A stretch of DNA of 41,312 nucleotides. It comes from Clostridia bacterium. Its GTDB lineage: Bacteria > Bacillota > Clostridia > UMGS1840. The stretch spans positions 1 to 41,312 of the forward strand of contig JAFYVF010000035.1 in the NCBI GenBank assembly GCA_017549265.1. Reading direction: 5' to 3'. Both the position numbers and the translations under genes were made by a program. The notes beneath the pieces are model-generated. The model ran no database searches, was not told the DNA's origin, and worked only from the letters and a program-made list of their open reading frames with translations. Below, one piece after another: positions 28,478 to 37,471 of the stretch (the stretch's first letter is position 1; each line of letters begins with the position of its first letter).

Positions 28478-30526
28478 ATGAACCTGTTTTCTACACCTAT
28501 TTCTAATATATCAGGAGTTTCCGATGCCAGGCTTGTGTATTTTCAAAAGCTTGGCATTTTTTCGGTTGCTGATATGCTCTACTATTTTCCGAAAAATTAT
28601 GAAAACCGCATGAATGTGAAAACGGTACATGAGCTTCAGGAAGAAGAACTTGCCACCGTTACCGTGCGGATTTTAGATATTTCTACCCGACGTGTCCGTC
28701 AGAATCTGACACTGATTTCTCTGCTATGTGAGGATGATACGGGAGAACTTAAGGTCACTTTTTTCAATCAGAAGTACCTGACTCAAAAACTGACGGTGGG
28801 AAAAACAGTTACTTTATCCGGAAAAGTTGCTCGTAGAATCGGTTATGTGGAAATGACCAATCCTGCAGTGCAAAAAGAATCTCCTGCAAGCAATTTTTCT
28901 GAAAATTATATCCCAAGATACGCTCTCACAAAAGGACTGACACAAGGTGTGGTTCAAAAAATTGCTTTTGAATGTTTAAAGTTTGCCAAGGAACATCTTG
29001 CAGAAACCCTTCCCATGGAACTTCGTAAAAAATATCATCTTTGTGAACTTTTATATGCTTTGGAAAACATTCATTTTCCAAAAGGAGAAGAAGAACTTTC
29101 GGCAGCAAAAAAACGTTTGGCTTTTGAAGAGCTGTTTTATTTGATGTTGGGACTGGGCAAAATCAAATTGCAGCAAAAAAAAGCCATGGGTCCCAAATTA
29201 ACGAATTATAAAATTGCGGAAGAATTTGCTGAAAAGTTGCCTTTTCCTTTAACCAATGCGCAAAAGAGGGTCACAAGAGAAATTTGCGCTGATTTTAAGG
29301 CAGGACATCAGATGAACCGTTTGGTACAGGGTGACGTGGGTAGCGGAAAAACCATGGTTGCCGCCATGGCAATGCTCATTTGTGCACAAAGCGAGTATCA
29401 GGCAGTTTTGATGGCACCTACGGAAATTTTGGCCCGTCAGCATTATGAAGGATTAAAACCTTATTTGGAAGAATTTCATTTATCATTGGAACTGCTTGTT
29501 GCTTCTATGAAGAAAAAAGAAAAAGACAGGGTGATTTCGGGTCTTGCCACCGGAGAAACTTCTTTGGTGATCGGTACCCACGCACTGTTATATGATAAAG
29601 TGCAGTTTCATAAATTGGGACTGGTAATTACCGATGAACAGCACCGTTTCGGTGTGAAAGCAAGGTCTGTACTGACTGAAAAAGGAGAAAATCCTCATTG
29701 TTTGGTAATGACCGCAACTCCCATTCCCAGAACCTTAGCTTTAATTATTTACGGAGACTTAGACGTTTCTGTGATTGATGAGTTACCGCAAGGCAGAACC
29801 CCTGTGAAGACAAGAATTGCAGGAGAAAAACAGCGGGACAAAGTGTATCAGTTTGTTGTGAAAGAACTTGAAAAAGGGAATCAGGCATTTGTGGTTTGTC
29901 CGCTGATTGAGGAAAGCGAAACCATGGAATTGGAAGATGCTATTCGCCTGCAGGAAGAACTGCAAACTACTTATTTACAAGATTATCAGGTAGGACTTTT
30001 ACACGGCAGAATGAAAGCTGAAGAAAAAGATGCCGTGATGAATGCCTTTTTAAAAGGTGATATTCAGGTGCTTGTTTCCACTACTGTAGTGGAAGTGGGG
30101 GTCAATGTTCCCAATGCCACTGTGATGGTGATTGAAAATGCAGAACGGTTCGGCCTTGCCAGCCTGCATCAGCTTCGTGGACGGGTAGGGCGCAGTAACA
30201 AACAATCCTATTGTTTTTTGAATCTATCTGATGAAAAAGCAAGAAAACGGCTGGAAATTATGGAAAAAACTACCGATGGTTTTGCCATCAGCGAATTTGA
30301 CCTAAAAAACCGCGGGCCCGGAGAATTTTTCGGAATCCGTCAGCATGGACTTCCTTCCACGGTGTTAAGTCGTTTGAGTTATACCATGGAAACGGTTCGT
30401 GCAGCAAAACAAGCTGTTGAATTTTTCCTGGCGAACGACCCCGATTTTCAACGTCCTGAAAATAAGCGGATTTTTGATGCTGTGAACCGTATGTTTTCCC
30501 GCCACCATTATGCAAGCCAATTATAA
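28478..30526 (+). CDS. recG: ATP-dependent DNA helicase RecG
   Basis: Wedge/OB N-terminus and helicase motifs GDVGSGKT, DEQHRFG, MTATPIPRT, QLRGRVGR. Confidence 0.93.
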   Translation: MNLFSTPISNISGVSDARLVYFQKLGIFSVADMLYYFPKNYENRMNVKTVHELQEEELATVTVRILDISTRRVRQNLTLISLLCEDDTGELKVTFFNQKYLTQKLTVGKTVTLSGKVARRIGYVEMTNPAVQKESPASNFSENYIPRYALTKGLTQGVVQKIAFECLKFAKEHLAETLPMELRKKYHLCELLYALENIHFPKGEEELSAAKKRLAFEELFYLMLGLGKIKLQQKKAMGPKLTNYKIAEEFAEKLPFPLTNAQKRVTREICADFKAGHQMNRLVQGDVGSGKTMVAAMAMLICAQSEYQAVLMAPTEILARQHYEGLKPYLEEFHLSLELLVASMKKKEKDRVISGLATGETSLVIGTHALLYDKVQFHKLGLVITDEQHRFGVKARSVLTEKGENPHCLVMTATPIPRTLALIIYGDLDVSVIDELPQGRTPVKTRIAGEKQRDKVYQFVVKELEKGNQAFVVCPLIEESETMELEDAIRLQEELQTTYLQDYQVGLLHGRMKAEEKDAVMNAFLKGDIQVLVSTTVVEVGVNVPNATVMVIENAERFGLASLHQLRGRVGRSNKQSYCFLNLSDEKARKRLEIMEKTTDGFAISEFDLKNRGPGEFFGIRQHGLPSTVLSRLSYTMETVRAAKQAVEFFLANDPDFQRPENKRIFDAVNRMFSRHHYASQL

Positions 30527-30534
30527 GAAAAAGA

Positions 30535-30563
30535 TTGACATTTATTTCTTTTTCATATACAAT
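30535..30563 (+). promoter_or_regulatory. Candidate sigma-A promoter for the membrane-domain::cysE-cysS unit
   Basis: Consensus TTGACA, 17-nt spacer, TACAAT. About 38 nt upstream of the ATG at 30602. Confidence 0.45.
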
Positions 30564-30601
30564 AAATAAAATAAGATTTTTTTAGAAGGGAGGACGACGT
30601 T

Positions 30602-32674
30602 ATGACCCGATTACAACAAAAATCCACCGCAGTTTTCAAATGTTTGTTTGTATTGTTTGCCGTGATGAGCTTTGTTTCGGCGTTTGTTGGTATTTTTGTT
30701 GGCAGCAAAACTTTTTACGGTGGTTCTTTTTGGTTGCCTTTCTTCTATTTAGTGGGATTTTTGGGATTAGGATTTTCCTATTACAAACATTTCAGTGAGA
30801 AAAAAAGTGGTTTTCCGTTAGCGCTTGCTATGTGCTTCGGCTTTCGCCTGTTGGCGGTTTGCCTTTTGCAGTTGGAACCGTTCTCGGATTTTAAGATTTA
30901 TCACGATACGGCACTTCTGTTGGCAGAGGGGACACCGTTTCGCGACGCATACGTTTCTTCTTTCCCTCATATCATCGGTTTTTCTGAGGTGTTAAGCTGG
31001 TGCTACCGTATGTTTGGTGCCAACATTTTTGTTGTGCAACTGGGAAATGTATTGATAGAAACGGCAACCGCTTTGATGTTGTATCTTTGTGTAAAACGGT
31101 TGTTTTCCCGTAAAATTGCTAATTTTACCACATTTTTATATGCGATTTCCCCCTCATTTATATTCTATTCTGAGTTTTTGGCGACAGAGATTTTATTTAC
31201 GTTCTTGTTGATGGTGCTTTTCTATCTTTCCCTTCGTTTTTGGGAAAAGGGAAGCGTCACACTCGGAATTTTATTTGGTATCCTAGCGGCAATTTCCAAT
31301 TGTATTCGTCCATGCGGAATGATACTTCTGCTGGCGTTTGCAATCTATACATTCATTATCGTGATTCCTAAAAAACGGTTCTTGTCCCTGACACTTGCAG
31401 TTCTTTGTTATCTGGGGTGCAACATGGGGTTATACCGTGGCATTGAAATGATAAACGGTCAAAGTATTGCACATATGCCGATTGGCTACAATTTATATAT
31501 TGGTTCCAATGCCGATACCAATGGACAGTGGAATGCAACAGACGATGCTTATGCCAAAGAATTGATTGGTAGTTCTGATATTTCACCCGACCGGATGCAC
31601 AAACGTTTGTGGGAAGAAGGATTTTTAAGATACCGTGAAAACGGAATTTATTCCAATGTCAAGCTCGGATTCTTGAAATTTGGTATTACTTGGGGTACCC
31701 AAATGCAGCCTGCTGTATCTTTGCGACAGAGTAGTGATTTTGCATTTTGGGACGCTATATTCCAGTTTGGAAATTTATCCAATGCATTTCACCTGATTTT
31801 GATGTTCGGTATTTTAGTGGGTGCAGTCAGATTGCGCCGTAAAAAAGAGCACAATGCGGTGATGTTTCTTTGTATTTTCACGTTGGGTGTTGCAGCAGTG
31901 CATCTTCTGGCAGAAACCCAAGAACGTTATTCCTATGGAGCACTTGCTATGATGATGCCCGTTGCCGCATTGGGGCTTTGTCGCAGTTTTGAAGCTTGTC
32001 GAAATGTGTTTTCCCGTCTTCGTGAAGACATCAATGCGGTAATGGAAAAGGATCCTGCCGCTAAAAATAAATTGGAAGTGTTCTTGCTGTCTCCCGGTAT
32101 TCATGCTTTGTTCTGGCATCGGGCAGCGCATCGGTTGTATCTGAAAAAACGGTATTTCTTAGCACGTAGTTTATCGCAGTTGACCCGACTGTTTACCGGC
32201 GTAGAAATTCACCCCGGTGCCAAAATTGGCCGTGGTGTTATGATTGACCACGGGATGGGCGTGGTGATTGGTGAAACCGCTGAGGTTGGTGACGGTTGTA
32301 CCATCTACCAGAATGTAACCTTAGGCGGTACCGGTAAAGATACCGGCAAACGTCATCCCACTATTGGGAAAAACGTGATGATTGGAAGCGGTGCCAAGGT
32401 GCTTGGTCCGTTTACCGTGGGAGATAATTCTAAGATTGCGGCAAATGCTGTGGTACTTCGGGAAGTTCCCGAAAACAGCACATGTGTGGGTGTGCCTGCA
32501 CGAGTGGTTATCCGAAATAACGTGAAAGTTTCCGGAGCGGATTGGCAGACAGACCAGACCCATATTCCCGACCCGTTATCTCAGGAACTGTGCAGAATGC
32601 TTGCCCGCATTGAAAAGCTGGAGGCGGATAACAAAAAACCGGAAGCGGATGTTAAAACAGAGAAAGGAGAATAA
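30602..32674 (+). CDS. cysE: Fusion protein: N-terminal polytopic membrane domain (GT-C/ArnT-PMT-like glycosyltransferase fold suspected) joined in frame to a complete Bacillus-type serine O-acetyltransferase
   Basis: A single uninterrupted 690-codon frame with RBS GGGAGG. Residues 1 to about 465 contain roughly a dozen hydrophobic segments and a first-loop motif, [19 protein letters not shown]. From codon 469 (GTG at 32006), [19 protein letters not shown]...[13 protein letters not shown]...[31 protein letters not shown]...[13 protein letters not shown]...VGVPARVV...PDPLS is collinear with B. subtilis CysE from its first residues to its tail. Confidence 0.75.
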   Translation: MTRLQQKSTAVFKCLFVLFAVMSFVSAFVGIFVGSKTFYGGSFWLPFFYLVGFLGLGFSYYKHFSEKKSGFPLALAMCFGFRLLAVCLLQLEPFSDFKIYHDTALLLAEGTPFRDAYVSSFPHIIGFSEVLSWCYRMFGANIFVVQLGNVLIETATALMLYLCVKRLFSRKIANFTTFLYAISPSFIFYSEFLATEILFTFLLMVLFYLSLRFWEKGSVTLGILFGILAAISNCIRPCGMILLLAFAIYTFIIVIPKKRFLSLTLAVLCYLGCNMGLYRGIEMINGQSIAHMPIGYNLYIGSNADTNGQWNATDDAYAKELIGSSDISPDRMHKRLWEEGFLRYRENGIYSNVKLGFLKFGITWGTQMQPAVSLRQSSDFAFWDAIFQFGNLSNAFHLILMFGILVGAVRLRRKKEHNAVMFLCIFTLGVAAVHLLAETQERYSYGALAMMMPVAALGLCRSFEACRNVFSRLREDINAVMEKDPAAKNKLEVFLLSPGIHALFWHRAAHRLYLKKRYFLARSLSQLTRLFTGVEIHPGAKIGRGVMIDHGMGVVIGETAEVGDGCTIYQNVTLGGTGKDTGKRHPTIGKNVMIGSGAKVLGPFTVGDNSKIAANAVVLREVPENSTCVGVPARVVIRNNVKVSGADWQTDQTHIPDPLSQELCRMLARIEKLEADNKKPEADVKTEKGE

Positions 32675-32676
32675 CT

Positions 32677-34071
32677 ATGAAGATTTTTAATACATTAACC
32701 ATGCAAAAAGAGGAATTTAAACCTTTAGAAGAAAACAAGGTAAAAATTTATGCGTGCGGACCTACCGTGTATAACTATTTCCATTTGGGAAATGCACGTC
32801 CGTTTATCATTTTTGATACCTTGAGAAGATATTTTGAATATCGTGGCTATGATGTAAAATTCGTGCAGAATTTTACCGATATTGACGATAAAATGATAAA
32901 ACGTGCCAACGAAGAAGGCATCACCGTAAGAGAACTGGCAGACCGTTTCATTAAAGAATACTATACTGATGCCAAAGGTCTGGGTGTAAAAGAAGCGGAC
33001 GTTCATCCCAGAGCAACCGATGTTATCCCCCAGATTATCAAAATGTGCGAAACCTTAATTGAAAAAGGCTATGCATACGAAGCAAACGGAGACGTTTATT
33101 TTGAAACCAAAAAATTCAAAGATTACGGTAAACTGTCTCATCAGCCTTTGGAAGACTTAGAAGCAGGTGCCAGAATCAATGTCAACGAAGATAAAAAAGA
33201 CCCTATGGATTTTGCCATCTGGAAAGCAAAAAAAGAAGGAGAACCCTCCTGGACTTCTCCCTGGGGCGAGGGCCGTCCCGGTTGGCATATCGAATGTAGT
33301 GCCATGGTCAATGAATACTTGGGCGAAACCATTGATATTCATTGCGGCGGTAAGGATTTATCCTTCCCACATCATGAAAATGAAATTGCGCAGTCTGAAG
33401 CAGCAAACGGTGCTCCTTTTGCTAATTATTGGATGCATAACGGCTATATCAATATTGATAACCGAAAGATGTCCAAATCTTTGGGTAATTTCTTCACCGT
33501 GCGTGATTTAGCAGAAAAATTCCCCTATGATGTGCTTCGATTCTTTATGCTGTCTGCTCATTACAGAAGTCCTATCAACTTCTCTGATGAATTGTTGGAA
33601 CAGGCAAAAACCGGATTAGGCAGAATTGTTACCTGTATGAAAAATCTGGACTTTTTAGCCGATAAAGTTGCAGACGAGGCGATTACGGAAGCAGAACAGG
33701 AAACCTTAAATTCCTTCCGTGATAAATTCATCACTGCTATGGATGACGATTTAAATACCGCAGAAGCTATCGGCATCATTTTTGAACTGGTTCGTGAAAT
33801 CAACACCAACACCAAAGAAAATGCCACCAAAGGATACGTAGAAGCTGCGAAAGCGGTGCTCACCGAATTAACAGGTGTGTTAAATATTGCAAGAGAAGAA
33901 GAATCCTCCGATGTGGATGTGGCACTCATTGAAGAAAAAATTGCAGAACGAACCGCTGCCAAAAAAGAGAAAAACTTTGCCCGTGCCGATGAAATCCGTG
34001 CAGAACTTCTTTCTATGGGAATCGTGATAGAAGATACCCGTGAGGGAGTAAAATGGCATAAAGCAGACTAA
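32677..34071 (+). CDS. cysS: Cysteine--tRNA ligase
   Basis: Class I motifs HLGNARP (HIGH) and KMSKS, plus the Zn-site region WHIECS. It starts 2 nt after the preceding stop. Confidence 0.95.
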   Translation: MKIFNTLTMQKEEFKPLEENKVKIYACGPTVYNYFHLGNARPFIIFDTLRRYFEYRGYDVKFVQNFTDIDDKMIKRANEEGITVRELADRFIKEYYTDAKGLGVKEADVHPRATDVIPQIIKMCETLIEKGYAYEANGDVYFETKKFKDYGKLSHQPLEDLEAGARINVNEDKKDPMDFAIWKAKKEGEPSWTSPWGEGRPGWHIECSAMVNEYLGETIDIHCGGKDLSFPHHENEIAQSEAANGAPFANYWMHNGYINIDNRKMSKSLGNFFTVRDLAEKFPYDVLRFFMLSAHYRSPINFSDELLEQAKTGLGRIVTCMKNLDFLADKVADEAITEAEQETLNSFRDKFITAMDDDLNTAEAIGIIFELVREINTNTKENATKGYVEAAKAVLTELTGVLNIAREEESSDVDVALIEEKIAERTAAKKEKNFARADEIRAELLSMGIVIEDTREGVKWHKAD

Positions 34072-34106
34072 ATTGATACAAAAATAAAATAATTTGGCAA
34101 AAACAC

Positions 34107-34135
34107 TTGAAAATCAGAAGAGAATAGTGTATAAT
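34107..34135 (+). promoter_or_regulatory. Near-consensus sigma-A promoter for yajC
   Basis: TTGAAA, 17 nt, TATAAT. About 35 nt upstream of the yajC start. Confidence 0.5.
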
Positions 34136-34170
34136 GATATGCGAAAATCAAAACGACTAAAGGAAAGTAG

Positions 34171-34476
34171 GTGAACGAAATGCCTGATACTATGGCACTC
34201 ATCGGTTCTTTTCTTCCGCTGATTCTGATGTTAGTTTTATTCTATCTGATGATTATGTTACCGGAAAAAAAGAGAAAGAAAAAATTTAATGAAATGGTTG
34301 CTGCAATTGAGAAAGGTGACCAGATTATCACCATTGGCGGTATCGAAGGGAAAGTGATTCAGTTAAAAGACACTACCATCGTAATCGAAACCGGCAAAGG
34401 CAGCGAAAACGAAAAAACTACTCTTACTTTGCACAAATGGGCAATTAAAGATGTAAAACAGAAAGAAAAGGCATAA
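34171..34476 (+). CDS. yajC: Preprotein translocase subunit YajC
   Basis: Single TM helix followed by MLPEKKRKKKFNEMVAAIEKGDQIITIGGIEGKV, the YajC signature. The start is either GTG 34171 or ATG 34180. Confidence 0.85.
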   Translation: MNEMPDTMALIGSFLPLILMLVLFYLMIMLPEKKRKKKFNEMVAAIEKGDQIITIGGIEGKVIQLKDTTIVIETGKGSENEKTTLTLHKWAIKDVKQKEKA

Positions 34477-34531
34477 AGTCATCTGCTCACTCATAAGATA
34501 TGATATCTGATATCATAAGGAGTGACGGTAG

Positions 34532-34924
34532 ATGAACGGTTCCGAAAGAGAAGGTGTTTCTTCCGTGAGTAAACGGGTGATTGGTGCAGCTATCACAGGT
34601 TGGCTGTTTTTAATCCTGACAGTGGCAGTGTCCGCGCTGGTCTTTTATATGTTCACCTTGCCGATGGAGATTGCTCCCTGGGTGGTCGGAACCCTTACAT
34701 ACCTTGCAGCTTTTTTGACAGGGTTCTTGAGCGCAAAACGTGCTCTTAAAAAAGGCTTTGTCAATGGCTTTTGGGGAGGAGTTTTATTTGTAGCGGTTTA
34801 CTTTGCGGTAAATCTGATTGCAGGAAATGCTCTTCGCCTTTTAAACGGCTTAGTTCTTTTGATTTTGTCTATGATTGGCGGAATCTTTGGGATTAATGCG
34901 AAAAAAACACAACGCAGAAGATAA
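34532..34924 (+). CDS. TIGR04086/YrzE-like small membrane protein
   Basis: 130-aa four-TM protein containing FLTGFLSAKRALKKGFVNGFWGG. Its position between yajC and the SCIFF gene is typical for this family as I recall it. Confidence 0.55.
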   Translation: MNGSEREGVSSVSKRVIGAAITGWLFLILTVAVSALVFYMFTLPMEIAPWVVGTLTYLAAFLTGFLSAKRALKKGFVNGFWGGVLFVAVYFAVNLIAGNALRLLNGLVLLILSMIGGIFGINAKKTQRRR

Positions 34925-34941
34925 GAAAGGAAGAAATCATT

Positions 34942-35082
34942 ATGAAACAGATTAAAACCTTAACTACCAAAAACTTAGCTGAAAACTTAGCAAAAAAAGG
35001 TTGTGGCGAATGTCAGACTTCTTGCCAGTCTGCTTGCAAAACTTCTTGCACCGTTGCAAACCAGAAATGCGAACAGAAATAA
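34942..35082 (+). CDS. scfA: SCIFF (six-cysteine-in-forty-five) ranthipeptide precursor
   Basis: Not in the ORF track because it is 46 aa. My own translation is MKQIKTLTTKNLAENLAKKGCGECQTSCQSACKTSCTVANQKCEQK. The GCGECQTSCQSACKTSCTV core is the near-invariant SCIFF signature (TIGR03973). RBS GAAAGGAAG. Confidence 0.85.
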   Translation: MKQIKTLTTKNLAENLAKKGCGECQTSCQSACKTSCTVANQKCEQK

Positions 35083-35100
35083 TTTCTTATGGAAAATAAA

Positions 35101-35127
35101 AAAGGACGGGATTTCCCGTCTTTTTTT
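35101..35127 (+). terminator. Rho-independent terminator after scfA
   Basis: Stem GACGGG/CCCGTC flanked by an A-run and a T7 run, 19 nt after the scfA stop. Confidence 0.7.
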
Positions 35128-35142
35128 GTAGGAGCAGATGTT

Positions 35143-35685
35143 ATGAATAAAGAAGTTTTGCGAAAAGAACTGCGTGAAAAACGGAATCTTTTATGTGAAA
35201 AAGACATCAAATCCCAAAAGATCACCGGTCGTTTATTGGCAAGTGAAGTGTTTCAAAATGCCGAGGTTGTTATGTTATACCGTAGTGCCAAAGGGGAAGT
35301 AGATACCGATGCTATTTGGGAAGCCTGCAAAAAAGCAGGAAAAGTGTGCGTGTTCCCAAAATGTGTTGCCGATGGGGAAATGATAGCCGTGATGGCAGAG
35401 GAGGAAACCGATTTTATCAAATCTTCTTTCGGTATTATGGAGCCTGCCTCCGACCGGGTTTTTCCCAAGGAATTAATTGATTTAATTGTGGTGCCTGCTT
35501 TGGGATATGACCAACATAATTTTCGTATGGGATACGGCGGCGGATATTACGACCGTTATTTGGAAGATTTCTATGGCATCACCATGGGATTATGTTATCA
35601 GGAACTTCTGGTGGAAACGGTTTATCCCGGTGTGTGGGATGTTCCTGTCAATTTTGTGATAACCGAATGCGACATTTTTTCGTGA
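35143..35685 (+). CDS. 5-formyltetrahydrofolate cyclo-ligase
   Basis: MNKEVLRKELREKR N-terminus, GIMEP, and the GYGGGYYDR signature. The ATG at 35143 follows GGAGCA. The tracked extension from 35089 runs through the terminator. Confidence 0.85.
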   Translation: MNKEVLRKELREKRNLLCEKDIKSQKITGRLLASEVFQNAEVVMLYRSAKGEVDTDAIWEACKKAGKVCVFPKCVADGEMIAVMAEEETDFIKSSFGIMEPASDRVFPKELIDLIVVPALGYDQHNFRMGYGGGYYDRYLEDFYGITMGLCYQELLVETVYPGVWDVPVNFVITECDIFS

Positions 35686-35718
35686 ATAAGAAAGTTTTTT
35701 TGAAATTTTCAAAAACTA

Positions 35719-35747
35719 TTGAAAAATCAAACTCGTTTTAGTATAAT
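35719..35747 (+). promoter_or_regulatory. Near-consensus sigma-A promoter for the PRTase gene
   Basis: TTGAAA, 17 nt, TATAAT, preceded by AAAAACTA. Confidence 0.5.
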
Positions 35748-35768
35748 AAAGAAAAGGAGTTGATACCT

Positions 35769-36326
35769 ATGAAAACATCTTATCAAATGACAATTGCAGG
35801 TTGCATGAGAGATTTAATTCTTTGTCCCATCGGAGACAACTTATATATTGGTGCCTTTATTATGTTTGGTGATGTGGAATTAACCGAGAATTGCGCCCGA
35901 GAACTTTTAAAAAAGGCTCCCGAACATGATGTTTTAGTCACTGCAGAAGCCAAGGGAATTCCGTTAATTTGTGAAATGGCACGTCAGGAAGGTGTCAATC
36001 ATTATGTGGTTGCCAGAAAAGGTCCCAAACTATATATGAAAAATCTTCTTACCACCGATGTGGATTCCATTACCACTGCAAAAACTCAGACCCTATGTAT
36101 CGGAGAGAGAGAAACCGAAATGCTTCGTGGAAAACGGGTGCTGATTGTGGACGATGTAATCAGTACGGGAGAATCCCTTCGTGCTTTGGAAAAACTTGTC
36201 ACCTTAGCAGGAGGTAATATTGTGGGAAGAATGGCAGTCTTGGCAGAGGGGGACGCTATTGGCAATCCGGATTATATTTACTTAGAACCGCTCCCACTTT
36301 TTGACGGGGAAGGTAATCCTATTTAA
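35769..36326 (+). CDS. Phosphoribosyltransferase family protein (purine/adenine PRT-like)
   Basis: PRPP-binding motif VLIVDDVISTGES. The ATG at 35769 lies 9 nt after AAAGGAG. Confidence 0.75.
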   Translation: MKTSYQMTIAGCMRDLILCPIGDNLYIGAFIMFGDVELTENCARELLKKAPEHDVLVTAEAKGIPLICEMARQEGVNHYVVARKGPKLYMKNLLTTDVDSITTAKTQTLCIGERETEMLRGKRVLIVDDVISTGESLRALEKLVTLAGGNIVGRMAVLAEGDAIGNPDYIYLEPLPLFDGEGNPI

Positions 36327-36482
36327 AATAAAAAACGAAAAGAAAAACTGTTGTCAAATGGTATAGAAGTGTAGCTACAAATAATTGATGTAGTCAATGT
36401 ATAGGATACAAAATAAATTTGCATTTCGGAATCGAGTTTCCGGTACCATCCAATAAAGGGATTTGTGTATTAGGAGGAAAAA

Positions 36483-37166
36483 ATGATTAGAGTAGGGACA
36501 GTTTATCAAAAAGAAATCATGGATATGACCATACCCAATGTGACATGTCCATGCTGTAACTCGGTGTTTACTGCAAATTTAAGCAGAAGTGTGCAAACAG
36601 CAACGATATTATTTATTCCATGTATGAAAAAGTCATTGCTGTACTATAGTGTATGTCCGAATTGCGGTATGAAATATATTCTGAATAAAACAGATTATGC
36701 ACAAATACTGCAATCTTCTTTAGCTTCATGCAGTAATGAATGGAATAAAATATGTAGTGGAAGCTTTGAAAAGCAAATAAAAAAAATAAATAATCGTGTG
36801 ATACGGTCCCCTAAAAGTGCTTTGTTGGCATCTGTTTTATCGTTAATCTTCGGCTTATTAGGACTCCAGAATTTGTATATGGGACACAAAAAAAGATTTT
36901 TAATGAACATCTTGTTTTTTATACTATCCATAGTTATGTTTGCATTAGCTTTAGTTTTAAATCTATTAGTTTTGTGTGTTCCTTGCGCATTACTTTTAGC
37001 TACCAATGTATATTGGGGTATTATAGATTTAGTCCGTATTTTATCAGGTCATGCGAAAGATTTAAAAGGTGCATATTTGCTTACTGACTCACAGTATAAA
37101 AAAAGATGGATAGCATATACTGAGTTGCGCGACAAGATAAATGAGTATAGCACTGTGCAATATTAA
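36483..37166 (+). CDS. Zinc-ribbon plus TM2-domain membrane protein
   Basis: Strong RBS AGGAGG. The N-terminus has CPCC...CPNC (a Cys4 ribbon). The C-terminal half has TM2-like features (LLGLQNLYMGHKKRF ... WGIIDLVRILSG). The region is visibly more AT-rich than its flanks. Confidence 0.6.
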   Translation: MIRVGTVYQKEIMDMTIPNVTCPCCNSVFTANLSRSVQTATILFIPCMKKSLLYYSVCPNCGMKYILNKTDYAQILQSSLASCSNEWNKICSGSFEKQIKKINNRVIRSPKSALLASVLSLIFGLLGLQNLYMGHKKRFLMNILFFILSIVMFALALVLNLLVLCVPCALLLATNVYWGIIDLVRILSGHAKDLKGAYLLTDSQYKKRWIAYTELRDKINEYSTVQY

Positions 37167-37393
37167 AATTTCTTCCAATTTTTAATATTAAAAAGATAAC
37201 CCATATTTTGTAGACAGGATGAAAGGATTTTCAGAACATGTTCTTTCTTGAATGACAAATAAGGAACGAATAGAAGGAAATGTGTTAAAAGTCAATGATT
37301 TAAGGCATAGTGTTTGCTACTGCAACAAGCATTAAAAAATATATTATGGTCCTAACATTTAGGATTATCCTGCAATTTTATAAAAATTATTGC

Positions 37394-37427
37394 AAAAGGC
37401 TGAACGATTGATTTTGTTCAGCCTTTT
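37394..37427. terminator. Bidirectional rho-independent terminator
   Basis: Perfect 12-bp stem AAAAGGCTGAAC/GTTCAGCCTTTT with a 10-nt loop. The A/T runs are part of the arms. It lies downstream of the minus-strand yqzL and, at 230 nt distance, of the plus-strand TM2 gene. Confidence 0.65.
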
Positions 37428-37471
37428 AATATTGTGCTCCGTTAGAGCAAATGAAAAAAGCAACAGTTTTT

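Noticed and set aside
30527-30601. Looked for a T-box leader upstream of the cysE-cysS unit.
   Set aside because: Only 75 nt are available, occupied by a promoter and RBS. T-box leaders need roughly 200 nt or more, and no specifier or antiterminator architecture is visible.
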